A stretch of 62,936 bases of DNA, the filler included, from Corallochytrium limacisporum Hawaii (taxonomy: Eukaryota > Protista > Pluriformea), in the NCBI GenBank assembly GCA_002811645.1. It is 5 parts of 5 records of this genome, joined end to end, with 100 filler letters (N's around TTAATTAATTAA, not from the genome) between each part and the next. Parts side by side here need not be neighbours in the genome. Positions count along the whole stretch, not along the records: positions 1 to 29,853 come from PDIP01000173.1; 4 more parts are not named here. One strand, written 5' to 3'. This document shows, piece by piece, positions 1-11,800 of this stretch (positions within the stretch are counted from its first letter, which is position 1; each line of letters starts with the position of its first letter). The notes under the pieces are model-generated. The model had not been told where the DNA came from. It saw nothing but the letters and a program-made list of their open reading frames with translations, and searched no databases. Both the position numbers and the translations under genes were made by a program.

Positions 1-312
1 GGGGGGGTGGGGAGACCAAGTTTGGCAGGCTCGGCAACGGGACCAATGTAGGTCGGTGGGGGGGGGGGAAAGAGGAGAAGGGGTGAAATGACATTGGGAG
101 TTCAACGCAGAGTTCAACGCAATCGTCAGAGGGTTGTCTGGATCTACCCACTCCTACTGGTACGTGGTCAATGAAAGAAAAAACTTCTTCCATATCGCGC
201 CCAGTTCATTCTAAAAAGGGGAACAATTTGCAGGAATCAAGTGTGCGAGCTGTCCAGAACTCAATGAGACACATGGTTGTGGGTTTGCAGTCTCAAACAA
301 GCAGAGCAAAGC

Positions 313-396
313 TATTTAAGAAAGATCCATCCAGCCGGAAAGCGAAAATGGTTAAAGGGTATTCAGTACCAAGAAACTTCATACCAAGAGCTGATC
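313..396 (+). promoter_or_regulatory. Putative core promoter: TATTTAAG + GATC (representative of a motif upstream of most genes here)
   Basis: gctatttaagaaagatcc; similar arrangements at 12423, 15019, 18354-18362(-), 23692, 29303, 33897, 37689-37697(-), 45320-45329(-), 49678-49686(-) and 60310-60318(-). Confidence 0.55.
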
Positions 397-472
397 TAAA
401 GCACTCGAGCTTTTCAGTGTTTGTAAAGAAACCGTGGTTTAAAGAAGACGACTAGACCAGCAAGAATTCACA

Positions 473-1486
473 ATGGCTCCTATTTCTACCGCTGTCGCTG
501 CCGCCACCGGCTACTTGTATCTGATCAACACCGCCGACATGGTCCCTGGTAACATGGACACCGACTCTGTCCCTGGCTTCTTTGAGGAGGAGTCATACGT
601 GTGGCCATCTCTATACCAAACCCCCCATATACCCGTAACGAAAGCGAACATTGTCGCCACCGACTCGACTGAGACCCCATGCAACTTCGGCAACAAGACG
701 CTGAGCATCGATCTTGAAATGAACGAGGGCTCACTCGACATCTATACCCAGGCCTACCAAAACGCGGACGGTACATGTGCTCTGACTATCCTCGACGCTG
801 TTCCGGTGGCCCGGCCCAGTGGCAACGAGTTCGGTCCCGGTGGCCCGATCACTATCTGGGCCTCCAACCTCAAATCCAGAAGTGGAGCACTCAATGAAGC
901 CCGCTTGGTCTCTTGCGATGAGCATGTCTACCTGAAACATCGAGGATGCCCCGGATTGAGCATGGCCGAGCAGGATCAGGGACTGAACATCCCCTACACT
1001 GGTCACCTGGTTGCCACCAATGTGGACGCCACTATCAGTGGCAACTGGGGTGTGAGCGACTCTGTGTCCAACCTTTTTGTGAAATCCTCCGGTGTCTGGC
1101 CTAACGAGGCCTCATTCGGCTATCCTAGTACTGATTTGGGTATAATCGCAAAAAGACGCGACTGCGATGGCCAAGGCTCTGCCGAGATTCAATTCAGCAT
1201 GAACCAGGGAACCGCCACCGTTGAGTTTGAGTTTAAGTGGCGTCTTGGCGGTTGTGTGCCTCACTTCAAGAAGGCCGCGTATGAAGCTGGCAACGGTGGC
1301 AGCCCCTTCGAGGACGTCGACGGTAATTATTCAATCCTGGCCGTGACTAAGCCCATGAAGAACGATAGTGGTGTGCCCGTTGTGAACATCGCCGCGTGCA
1401 CCCAGGACGAATGGAATAATGATTCGTGCCAGAACGCTCCCCATAACATGGTCCTTGGTGGCATCAACACTGATAAGTCAACGTAG
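473..1486 (+). CDS. Unknown 337-aa leaderless protein with two tandem ~160-aa Cys-conserved beta-rich domains (family A, member 1)
   Basis: Long ORF with cacaATGG start context. Aligns by eye with 36525..37583 and 43910..45238 (VWPSLY/WQPSLY; ETPCNFGNKTLSIDLE/EMKCSGIQSMSLTLE/ETCSGFESMTIDLQ; RLVSCDEHVYLKHRGCP/ALVICDVSSYEKGQCP). Confidence 0.85.
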   Translation: MAPISTAVAAATGYLYLINTADMVPGNMDTDSVPGFFEEESYVWPSLYQTPHIPVTKANIVATDSTETPCNFGNKTLSIDLEMNEGSLDIYTQAYQNADGTCALTILDAVPVARPSGNEFGPGGPITIWASNLKSRSGALNEARLVSCDEHVYLKHRGCPGLSMAEQDQGLNIPYTGHLVATNVDATISGNWGVSDSVSNLFVKSSGVWPNEASFGYPSTDLGIIAKRRDCDGQGSAEIQFSMNQGTATVEFEFKWRLGGCVPHFKKAAYEAGNGGSPFEDVDGNYSILAVTKPMKNDSGVPVVNIAACTQDEWNNDSCQNAPHNMVLGGINTDKST

Positions 1487-1804
1487 ACCATGATGCCATT
1501 GCCTACCTTTTTGACAAGGTCATACAGGAGGTGAACTTGTGTCTAGACAACATCCACAACCAATAAAGAATCTCACCAATTCAAACAACACTTCTTTCTG
1601 TTTCCAATACAGACGCGTCCACAGCGACTCTGACGACTCCCCATCCTGCCTTTCCTCGTCTCCTTCACTGTCCCTCTTCTGGGAACAAGCCCTCCGGGCC
1701 GAGCGACATCTGCGGGACCATGCGCACAGGCTGATACTTACATTCCCTCCCCCTGTCCAGGTGGGGAGTGAGCGAAGACGCGTCCAATCTTTTTGTGTAC
1801 CCCT

Positions 1805-2170
1805 CCGCCGTCTGGCCTGACGAGGCCTCATTCGGCTATCCTAGTACTGATTCGGCATAGTTGTAACCAGAGCCAGATCATGGCATCGGCTGTGCCGAAA
1901 TTGGGGGCGGTTCCTATGCAATCCTGGCTGTGACTAGGCCCACTAAGAACGATAGTGGTGTGCCCGTTGTGAACATCGCCGCATGTATCCATGATGAGTG
2001 GAAGACCAATACTTGCGGGAACGCAAGATTGCTGGTGGCATCAACATTTGAGTTACCGGCATGTAGAACATGATGCCATTGTTCACCCGTTTGACGAGGT
2101 CATATACAGGGGGTAAAGTTCTGTCCAGACAACATCCACAACCTTTAAAGAATCTGGCCAATACAAATTT
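1805..2170 (+). pseudogene. Fragmented relic of family A 3' half and 3' flank
   Basis: 1805-1860 matches 1090-1145; 1915-2050 matches 1330-1470; 2065-2165 matches 1488-1590. No intact frame. Confidence 0.8.
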
Positions 2171-2804
2171 TATCTATTTCTGCCGCTCCTGTGCACTTGC
2201 TCCTGTCTTCGATGTATTGGCCCTCCCGCTTACCCTCTCGGTGAGGTGCGAGGTCGGCCACGTTCGGGGCCTACGATGAGGGCCTCCATTTCATTCATAC
2301 TTTCACCATCGCTCCCGGCCTTACCTCTGAATGACCATTAAGATTTGCGTTCGTACGGGCAGATCAGTCCCTTGCTTCTGAAAGGTGGGAAACCTCTGAA
2401 CATGTTCTCTGCGCACCCTCGAGCATCTCAGTTTGTGGTAGATACTCCCAATATTGAGGTGGAATATTGTCTCTGTTGCTTTTGGGAAAACAAAGAATCT
2501 CGTCTTGCAGGGGAATGTAAACGTCGGTCCGTGTGCATGGTCCCGCAGAAGTCGGTCGGCCCGGACACCTTTCTCCCTGGAAAGGAACGGTGAGGGAGAC
2601 AAGGAGAGGCAGGGCGGCAGTGGTCAAGAGTCGCTGTGTACGCGTCTGTAATGGACGAAGAAAGTATTATTGTTTGAGTTGGCGAGATTCTTTACTGGTT
2701 GTGGAATGCTTGGATACACGAGTTTACATTATGCCGAAATCAGTACTAGGACAGCCGAATGAGGCCTCGTTAGGCCAGACAGGAGTGTACGGGCACATAG
2801 TCGC

Positions 2805-3341
2805 TCACTCTTCATTGTCGGGGATGTTCAGACCACCCTGCTGGGCTTCTTGGGGCAACCCGGGGCAGAATCCGATTCGCTTGTACACGTCCACATCGCA
2901 AGTGACCAAGCGGACCTCATTGGGTCCTCCCCTTGGGGATTCGACTTGGGATCCCCAGACAGTGACCGGGCCACCGGGACCGAACCCGTTGCCACTGGGC
3001 CGGGCCACCGGAACAGCGTCGAGGATAGTCAGAGCACATGTACCGTCCGCGTTTTGGTAGGCCTGGGTATAGATGTCGAGTGAGCCCTCGTTCATTTCAA
3101 GATCGATGCTCAGCGTCTTGTTGCCGAAGTTGCATGGGGTCTCAGTCGAGTCGGTGGCGACAATGTTCGCTTTCGTTACGGGTATATGGGGGGTTTGGTA
3201 TAGAGATGGCCACACGTACGACTCCTCGTCAAAGAAGCCAGGGACAGAGTCGGTGTCCATGTTACCAGGGACCATGTTGGCGGTGTTGATCAGATACAAG
3301 TAGCCGGTGGCGGCAGCGACAGCGGTGGAAATAGGAGCCAT
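2805..3341 (-). pseudogene. Truncated inverted copy of family A (178 aa, first domain only); pseudogene or single-domain variant
   Basis: Near-identical N-terminus, then a diverged segment and a stop. Downstream on the minus strand are remnants of domain 2 (2735-2785) and the 3' flank (2510-2715, matching 1540-1750). Confidence 0.8.
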
Positions 3342-4454
3342 TGTGAATTCTTGTTGGTCTAGTCGTCTTCTTTAAAACACGGTTTCTTTACAAACACTAA
3401 AAAGCTCGAGTGCTTTTAGATCAGTTCTTAGTATGAAGTTTCTTGGTACTGAATACCTTTTAACCATTCACGCTTTCCGGTTGGATGGATCTTTCTTAAA
3501 TAGCTTTGCTCTGCTTGTTTGAGACTGCAAACCCTCAGCCATGTGTCCCATTGAGTTCTGGACAGCTCGCACACTCGATTCCTGCAAATTGTCCCCTTTT
3601 TGGAATAAATCCACGGAAGCTGTGGGTCACCAAGTGTAAGAGAATTCGCTAGCGAAGCAGAGTTACGCTCCGTTGCGACACAGTGGCTTGATTTGTAACA
3701 GCAGGGAGCGGTGGAAAGCCAGCCGGGGGNNNNNNNNNNNNNNNNNNNNNNNNNNNNNNNNNNNNNNNNNNNNNNNNNNNNNNNNNNNNNNNNNNNNNNN
3801 NNNNNNNNNNNNNNNNNNNNNNNNNNNNNNNNNNNNNNNNNNNNNNNNNNNNNNNNNNNNNNNNNNNNNNNNNNNNNNNNNNNNNNNNNNNNNNNNNNNN
3901 NNNNNNNNAGGGGGAAAGGAAGGCGAAGAGGGGGGCAGGTGAGGTGTCCGTCATTGTAGACAAGGCTGTCACTACGGAAAGTATCGGAAGGCGTCGAAGG
4001 GTTTGCAGGAGAGCACCGAGCATTGTATATTAATAGAACTACGGGCGGGGTCTGCATTGTCCTGTACTGTTAGTATTATAGCCCATGCACATTATTCACC
4101 CTTTCGTAGACACTTGTGTAACTTTGCCCTAGATCGGTCGAATTCCTTTCCCCAAATGGAAGCTGCGCCAGTACCACCCACTGGTGCGGGTTTTCGGAGT
4201 TTCTTGTTTTTTTTTTTTTTTTTTTTCTTGTCCCCTTCGTTTTGATTACGCTTGCGGTCTCATTTATTGGGTACTGGGCATTCCCTTGTTCACCTTGATC
4301 GAGATGCGCACCGCCAAAGCTAAAATTTGCTTTGCCTGCCACGGCGGCCCGGGCAGGAAGATATCCATACACCCGTTACTGATCCCCTGGGTGCAGCTAG
4401 TGATGGAAATAGATGTATAGATCGATCCAATTAATTTCATCTGAACGTTGGACA

Positions 4455-4458
<4 letters not shown>

Positions 4459-4515
<57 letters not shown>

Positions 4516-4666
4516 NNNNNNNNNNNNNNNNNNNNNNNNNNNNNNNNNNNNNNNNNNNNNNNNNNNNNNNNNNNNNNNNNNNNNNNNNNNNNNNNNNNNN
4601 NNNNNNNNNNNNNNNNNNNNNNNNNNNNNNNNNNNNNNNNNNNNNNNNNNNNNNNNNNNNNNNNNN

Positions 4667-4729
<63 letters not shown>
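4459..4729. repeat. (CA)n microsatellite spanning a gap
   Basis: Directly visible. Other dinucleotide tracts at ~35788-35830, 39200-39388, 45663-45693, 54097-54155, 55555-55632 and 56545-56617. Confidence 0.95.
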
Positions 4730-4733
<4 letters not shown>

Positions 4734-4854
4734 TTCTGAGTCGGAGACGAGAGGAATCTTGTTCCTGACGAGAAAGTGTAGTCCCTGCCCGTTGGGAAGG
4801 ACCGTCCCACATGACGATGCACGAGCAGGATTGACATGAAAACGCTACGTGGCA

Positions 4855-4985
4855 AAAGGTTTTGTGGCATCAACAGTAGACTTACCTGCATGAAGCACAT
4901 GATGCCACTACGTATTACATTGACGAGGTTTTATACAGGAGGTAAACTTTTGTACCTAAGTAATCCCATAGCCAATAAAAACATA
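4855..4985 (+). pseudogene. Short relic of family A gene end/3' flank
   Basis: gtggcatcaaca...catgatgcca...ttgacgagg...atacaggaggtaaactt resembles 1458-1570. Confidence 0.5.
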
Positions 4986-7512
4986 ATGTCTAACCACCAA
5001 ATTCAAACCATGATGACCTCCACTGCTTCCATCAACAAAATTCGCTTAATAACGGCGCGAAACGCATTTGCCATTCGCTCCTGCCACCACCCCCCCCTCC
5101 CTCTGTCCCTCTCCTTCGCGGGCGGGAAACAAGGGAAACTCCATCTTTGCGCCCCTCACCCCGTGCGCACGGGTTCCATAATTTGGGCTGTTGCCCCCAC
5201 CACAGCAAGTCAAAGAGTACCAACCGTCGGGATGCTTTCTTTTTTTTTTTTTCTACTACTCCCCAACTCCGGCCGCGTCCGGTCCCCCCCGGGGGGGACC
5301 GGAATGCGGCCGAGGCGGGTACAACCACCTGCAAGGCGAAATCTCATAGTTGCGGCCTCTCTCTCTCTCTCTCTCTCTCTCCGTGTCAACTGTTTTCAGG
5401 GGAGAATGGCACACATTCACTACGGAGAGCTCGTCGCTTCAGAAATGTTTCGGTGGGGGTGGGGCCGTCGAGACGAAAGGGAATTGCAATTTTTGGAAAT
5501 GGCCGCTGCCACGCATCTCTGCCACCATCGGAGTAAATTAGGCCCCGGACCTTGAGACATCATACCTAAGGAGTGTCTATGAGCAGTGGGGTTTCTTAGT
5601 TGTCTGCGTATAGGACATGATGCCTTCGTTCTTCTGATGATGTTTTGCACACTGCACGGAGAACGGACATCAGGAACATCTTGTCTTCCCCATGGGAATC
5701 ATGAACGCCACCACGCACGCACACACCGCACCTCCGACAACCGTTGATCTCTTGCCACCACCTGCGCCCCTGTACGCGTGTACTATTCGCTTCCCCCTTC
5801 CTCCCCGCCAAGAATGTCAATTTTTCTTTTTTCTTTCTCCTACCCTACGCCGACCACGAAACCAACCTTTATCGTACCCCTCAACCGCAATGTCTTCTCC
5901 AGCCATAGTTGTGGGGAGGTGACCTTTTGATTATTGATTTAAAATCAACAACATCTATACGCTCGTCAGAAATCATGCTGACCTCGCCCAAAAACTGAAC
6001 GAGCGGAACGAAAATGGTCCACGGAAGCCGGTGCTCTTTGACGGGACGAGAGTGCAAAAGTTTCAATGGTGAAGAGGGTCCCCTCTTTCTCAATATTAAA
6101 TATATGAATATTGTCGCACTCCGCAAGCGTTCCTCCCCAGTAGCCTTCCCGAAGCCCAAGTACAAAGCAGAGTCTCCACATTTTGGGACCCGGTCCCGTT
6201 TTAGCCATGTCCACCTTCTGCCCCACAAATTAAATCCAATACAAATCAAAAAGAATCATTATGATTTAATATGTATCATAATATGTCACTGGTATCACAA
6301 ATCAAATCAAAGAAAGGGATGAGAGCGGGGGGACCACGGGAAGAACAGCTGAGAAAAGGGGGGGTGGAGGGCCTTGGACGGGGGCCTAGAAAAGACGGGC
6401 TGGCTCTTCTTGCTGCCCAAAGAAAAGTCCCAAATCTCACAATTTTTCCTGCTTGCGCAATTCACAATTTTCGCTTGTGCGGCGGTGGGGAGGGGAAGGA
6501 AGCGGGCGGCTAGGAAGAGTGTCCGAAGGCCTTCCAATCTCTCCCCTTGGCGCCCCCCCCTCCCTTTTCCCCTTCTTTTGTTTACTTTTGGTGGTAGGTT
6601 TGGTACCGAAGTTTGGGTTAGCCGGGGAGAAGGAAGGGGGGGAGAGGGCACGGGCTTGGGCAAAACACGTCCCTCCCGCGGGCGCCCGGCCCACGCACAG
6701 TTCCTAGGAGGGGTGGTTCTTCTCCGCAGTTGGGCCAGTAGTGAACGGCCGGGAGAGAAATTGGGGGAAGGGGGGANNNNNNNNNNNNNNNNNNNNNNNN
6801 NNNNNNNNNNNNNNNNNNNNNNNNNNNNNNNNNNNNNNNNNNNNNNNNNNNNNNNNNNNNNNNNNNNNNNNNNNNNNNNNNNNNNNNNNNNNNNNNNNNN
6901 NNNNNNNNNNNNNNNNNNNNNNNNNNNNNNNNNNNNNNNNNNNNNNNNNNNNNNNNNNNNNNNNNNNNNNNNNNNNNNNNNNNNNNNNNNNNNNNNNNNN
7001 NNNNNNNNNNNNNNNNNNNNNNNNNNNNNAGTGGGGGTGGGGTGGGGGGACCCGGTGCGGAGGAGGATGGAGGACGAACGCGCAAGCGGGTGAGTCCTAC
7101 GGGAAGAAAAGGAAAACTCGTGAATTCGTATTCTATATATAAAATGTACGGGGTTTGTGACGGGGCCGAGTGGTATGGAGTGCGTATGAATGATACCGGG
7201 GAGTTGGGCCCGGGTCATCGGACGGACACGAGAGCGCCCTGCCAAATTGGGCCCTGGGGCGTTGGGGGCGTGCGTGTGCGTGTGTGTGCGTGTGTGTGTG
7301 CTTGTTTGTCACTGCATTGCGCTGTTTATGGGCGTATTCTCTGTTTCAAGGAGATTGATGATGGTATCTGGAATGGTGGATCTGTACCTTATGCGGTGAA
7401 CCTAAAAGAATAAAACAAATTTGCAACTTCAGAGTTTGTGCGACCCAAGGCGTTCGGGGAAGGGACTCGACCAAGAACAGGATCAAGCAGCATAAATTGG
7501 CAAATTATAGAG

Positions 7513-8262
7513 ATGCCATCGCCACTCTGGGCACTGTACGAGCCGCGAGTTAGACACCAGCTCCTAGAGCACTGGTCTCTGCGTCATCCAACCCATGGTC
7601 GTTACAAAAACTTGGTCTGCCGGGTTTGCGGTTCCAAGCCGCGCCTGCACGCAACAGTTTCCCAGCTGTGCTCACAGATCCTTCTGTGCTACCGTTTCGG
7701 GCCGGACACGGTGGCTGCAGTGAAAACGGTTGTGGCATGTCAGGACAAGTTCAAGGCGATAGATGCTCGTACTGACTCGTATGAACTTGCTGCTGAGCTA
7801 CAGGGGGCACTGGTCGCTCTGGGCATGGACCCAATGCAAGCGCAAATTAGGCAGCAGGACATAAACCGCCATTTGAGAGGTACCCCGCAGGAAGATCTGA
7901 ACCTGGCCATGACAACTGATCTGAATAAAATTGAGTGCGGGGGCAGAGAAAAGCATACGGAGCAACAGCAATATGATGATACCAATCCAGCCACGCAGGA
8001 GCACTTGCTTTCCAGCCTGCGTGTCAGCGTGACCGGCACGTTAGAGACCGTGTCCAAGGTTAGTTCGAGCGTACGGGATAGTCTGTCCTCGTCTTTGTCG
8101 TCCGTGTTTAGCAATTCAAAGCCTACCAGTGCACCAGCGGAGAATCCGCCTGGTAGCCAGGATGATGGTGACGTGATCACGGAGATGGCGGTAGCTGTGG
8201 CACCTCCCGTGAGGCGTTCGATAGCCGGAGACGCAAACATGAGGGAGATCAACGTTGCTTAG
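7513..8262 (+). CDS. Hypothetical protein (~249 aa) with N-terminal CxxC (CRVC) and Ser-rich tail
   Basis: Long ORF; first ATG at 7513; no recognisable family. Confidence 0.6.
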   Translation: MPSPLWALYEPRVRHQLLEHWSLRHPTHGRYKNLVCRVCGSKPRLHATVSQLCSQILLCYRFGPDTVAAVKTVVACQDKFKAIDARTDSYELAAELQGALVALGMDPMQAQIRQQDINRHLRGTPQEDLNLAMTTDLNKIECGGREKHTEQQQYDDTNPATQEHLLSSLRVSVTGTLETVSKVSSSVRDSLSSSLSSVFSNSKPTSAPAENPPGSQDDGDVITEMAVAVAPPVRRSIAGDANMREINVA

Positions 8263-8417
8263 TACAAGCGGGGGTTAGCAAACCAAGTTTGTTTTCCTGA
8301 CCATGATCAATCACACAAAGAAACACGTACATGCATATAGAAGGGGGATGCCATCTTTATTTGGCTGACCTCAACTAGCAAATAAACCTTAGATCACTTC
8401 GAAGTTTCTTCACAAGT

Positions 8418-9758
8418 TCACTCCGCATCATCGGCGTTGTAGTATGCGTATCCAGCCAGACCGATAAAGTCTTCTGTGATGTGCTGCTCCAGACCGTGGG
8501 GCAGCGGATTGTCCACAATGTAGGCTGTGTTCACGCATTCCAGCACGCGCAGGCTATGAAGCTTGCTCACATCAGCACTGAATGCTCCATTGTCATTGAT
8601 ACATAGCACTTCCAAAGTCTCCGGGATGCCTCTAGTGTCATTCCATGTGGTCAGACTGCAATCAAACGTCCGCAGAGCACTGCAGTGGTCCACAGACTGC
8701 GCAAAGGCCATGTTTCCAGCCACAGTCAGATGCACCAGGGTCTCCGGGACAGGTTGATCGTAAGCTGTGTCTGCACAGTCAAAGTCGCGCAAGCGCTTCA
8801 GCCCGGCGATGGGCTGCTGAAAGTTTTGGTTTCCAGTGATCTTGAGCACCTCCAGAGACGGTGGAAGCAGGCCATTGTAGATGGTGGTGCTGCAATCGAA
8901 GTGTTTAAGATGGCGCAAATGGGCCAGGTCTTGATTGAAGCTGAGGTTACCGGTGATCTTGAGCACCACCAAACTGGCTGCCGGCACAGCACGATTGTAG
9001 AAGGTGAAACTGCAATCAAAGTGGCGCAGATTCAGGCAACGGTCCAGGTTCCTATAGAAAGTGCGATTGCGTTCAATGATGAGCACTTCCAGGCTCTCGG
9101 GTACGTCTTCGTCAAACTTTGTGAAGCTAGCGTCCAGATAGCGCAAATACTTCTTGTCACTGATGCGGGCAGTGAAGGTCTGGGTCTGGCGAATGTCTAG
9201 CCATTCGAGAGCTTCGGGCAAACTCATGTGGTATGCGCACCGACGGAAGGTCATCCTGCGCAGGGTTGGAGCGAAGGGACCAATCAAGCGAGGAACGTTC
9301 TCAATCACCACTTCGGTGAGACGTGGAAACGGCGCCTTTTCCGGGTTGTGCCTTGCAAAGGTTCGACGCATCCACTGCCTCTGCTGTTGCCAAGTTTGCA
9401 GAGCCCCTTTTTGAGTGGGGTTGCCACCGATGACACGCAGATGGCGAACATTCGGTAGGAAATCACGCTCAAATGTGGCCGAATGCTCATCCGCGCGAAT
9501 GCGAAGACGCTGCCAGAGAGGACGCAGGCCAGGGATGTCAAGCAGATCACTGTCGCCGTCAATTTCGACCTCTGCCAGGATCTCTACCTGGAGTTCCATA
9601 GGCAGACCGAGGAAGAGCCTACCAAATACGGGCATGCAGTCCTCAACTTCATGTGTCTGGTCCTTGGCCACGGGGTTCACCGTGTCTGGATCGTGGTAGC
9701 AGCCCTCCAGTTCTGGACCTGGAAAGCCAGCCAACGGTGTCATGATAGTGCCAGGCAT
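8418..9758 (-). CDS. F-box-like plus leucine-rich repeat (FNIP-like) protein
   Basis: LFLGLPMELQVEILAEV fits the F-box consensus. About 5-6 bipartite ~40-aa repeats (LRHFDCS..YN..LP.SLEVLKITGN..F.Q.L). Start is uncertain (ATG 9869 or 9758). Confidence 0.8.
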   Translation of the reverse strand: MPGTIMTPLAGFPGPELEGCYHDPDTVNPVAKDQTHEVEDCMPVFGRLFLGLPMELQVEILAEVEIDGDSDLLDIPGLRPLWQRLRIRADEHSATFERDFLPNVRHLRVIGGNPTQKGALQTWQQQRQWMRRTFARHNPEKAPFPRLTEVVIENVPRLIGPFAPTLRRMTFRRCAYHMSLPEALEWLDIRQTQTFTARISDKKYLRYLDASFTKFDEDVPESLEVLIIERNRTFYRNLDRCLNLRHFDCSFTFYNRAVPAASLVVLKITGNLSFNQDLAHLRHLKHFDCSTTIYNGLLPPSLEVLKITGNQNFQQPIAGLKRLRDFDCADTAYDQPVPETLVHLTVAGNMAFAQSVDHCSALRTFDCSLTTWNDTRGIPETLEVLCINDNGAFSADVSKLHSLRVLECVNTAYIVDNPLPHGLEQHITEDFIGLAGYAYYNADDAE

Positions 9759-10089
9759 CTTGTCGTCGTCATATGTCTTTCTATTTACGAATTCTGGTTG
9801 TCTTGGGAGGGTTAGTTGACTGAGTCTATTCAGAAGATCCCTGACTGTCCTGGAGATCTTGAATTCCATATGCAAATATCTACTAGTTTCCAGTTGTAGT
9901 GGTCGTATGTGATAAAGTCTAAGGGTGTAGATCGTGATCAGCTCATTTAAAAACCTTAGAGACCCTCATACATCTTTCCAAAAGTAGATATGGGATACTT
10001 CGTGGTCCTGTTCTATCGCACAACATGGCCTTTGTTTCACCCAATAATCAGAATTTCTCACAGATCTCCTACGCAACTGTTCACGATAA

Positions 10090-11800
10090 ACTCCCATCTA
10101 CGAATGTATCAGTTGAACCGATCCCTTGTGCCCTTTTTGATTGCTGACTAAACACACCGCTTACGTTCTACCGTGCGTACCGGTTCGGACATCTAGGAAT
10201 CCATCTGTGGACCATTTCTGGCGAGTCTTCTGTCGCAGGGACCGAATTGAAGACAAGACCCATGACCATAGATCCCGGACATACAATGTGCCAAGGCCTA
10301 GAACTCCTTTGCGCAGCAAGATAATGCGGCAAGAAGGAATCGATCGCCGGGGAACCCCAACCGTCCCACCAGTGGCATTTGCTAAGACTCTTGAGGTGCC
10401 ACCGGAAAACTTTCCCAGTGATCCCCAAATGGAGCTTACCCGGCGTTAAGGCTTCCCGAGGGGGGAAGCTTACGGGTCAGATTTTCACTCACGTTTGTTC
10501 CCTTTCCAGGGCATAGTCATTGCTAGAAACGGGGAGAAGGGGTGGGGGGGGGGGTGTTTTGGGTTCGGCTTTGGGGAGCCAGTGAAGGGGGGTTTGGTGG
10601 GTTGCGTCGGGTTTATATGGTCCCCATTTCTCTCGGCTCTTGGCGAAGAAGGCCCCCCCCTACCAACCGAAAAAGGGAGGGAGAGTCCACTATCTCGTTT
10701 TTGCGAGTGCGGGTCTCCCCCCCCCCCTTGGAAATAAAATAGACCCCTGATACCTGATTCAGTATTTGAGAATATCACATCGGTTTCCCAGCGGGCCGAA
10801 TAGGACCCGGCGCGGGGGAGGACGGAAGGGGGAGAGTTTCAGAAGCGGAGGAGCCCGCCCCTTCGGTGCCAAGGTTTTTTGTGCCGCGGCATTTTTCATA
10901 CGCCGAGCAGTGGGATAGTGGACGCTGGCTTACTCAGAGTGAAGAGACGGGCCGACGGCAAAAGACAAACAAGAACCAAAACAATGACCAGAGAAAATCC
11001 AACCTCGACACGGACGGTTGGTTCCTTCGAAACTATGCCCACTAAGGAAGGATGGTGTGTAAATTCGGGGAGACGGACAAAGAAATGGTATCCTTTTGTA
11101 TGTCGGCGCTGGCTTGGGATTTGTATGTTTCCTCCCACAGTGTTGCAGCTTGGGGTGGTGTTGCTGGTCTTCCTACTCTTCCTTACAAAATCATTGGGGA
11201 ATGACGATGAATGGCAATGGATTGTGGTATCATAGTCTATCAGATTCCACGCAGAAACATATAGTGGCAACTGGAAGCGGCGGAAGCTTAGAAGGCACGA
11301 AACCAGGATCTGTTTCGAGGCCAGACCATGCTCGAATCTTGGGTAAACTTCCAAGATAACCCCTGCACGGCGTCACTATGATGAGGAGAGAGTGACAAAC
11401 AACCCAGGCTGACCAATGGGAATGAATTGCTTTGGATTGCTCAACTCCGCGGCAACCATTTTTGCCGCACTGAAATGAGTCCGCTGGCAATGGACAGCAA
11501 GAAGCACACCATTCAGCAATAAACTCCTAACCCAACCACCACAAAGCTGTTGGCCATCCAGTGCACATCCAGAATGCCCGCCATGCTCATGTATGACGCA
11601 AATGGTGAACAATAACGTCATGATGAGTATGAATCCAATCCATTCGATAGATGGCCGATCCGGCGGATACTGATCGTCTATTAACTGCTGTGCCCATTTT
11701 TTTTTCGTCAGTGCGGGAACTTGCCAATACCGACACAGCCAATCTGTCAGGAGCCGCGGTGAAACCGATGAAACTAAACAGCAGTGTCACAATAGGCTTC
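10090..11800 (+). mobile_element. Highly degenerate Ty3/gypsy-like pol relic (RNase H then integrase)
   Basis: Eroded motifs across frames: HFWRVF...HDHRSRTY (RNase H TDH region, ~10210-10290); QWE*IALD (~11413-11437); AMDSK; MPAMLMYD (integrase-like). Confidence 0.4.

Larger units (their letters stand above)
205..3609. repeat. Large inverted duplication: arm ~205-847 vs ~2967-3609 (upstream region + 5' CDS of family A)
   Basis: Reverse complement of 2967-3609 matches 205-847 closely, with only 3 aa differences in the first ~125 codons. Confidence 0.95.

Noticed and set aside
171-455. 94-aa ORF upstream of family A
   Set aside because: Overlaps the putative promoter, and the inverted copy carries indels that break it.
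848-2966. Diversity-generating retroelement TR/VR pair
   Set aside because: Differences are not adenine-specific (e.g. gcc/gga, ctc/ccc, cat/gac) and no intact RT is nearby.
4264-7245. ORFs rich in VC/HT/SL/RE repeats or spanning Ns
   Set aside because: Translations of microsatellites, homopolymer islands and gaps.
7513-9875. Endogenous giant-virus or Polinton insertion
   Set aside because: An FNIP-like LRR alone is insufficient; no capsid, packaging ATPase or polymerase genes are seen.
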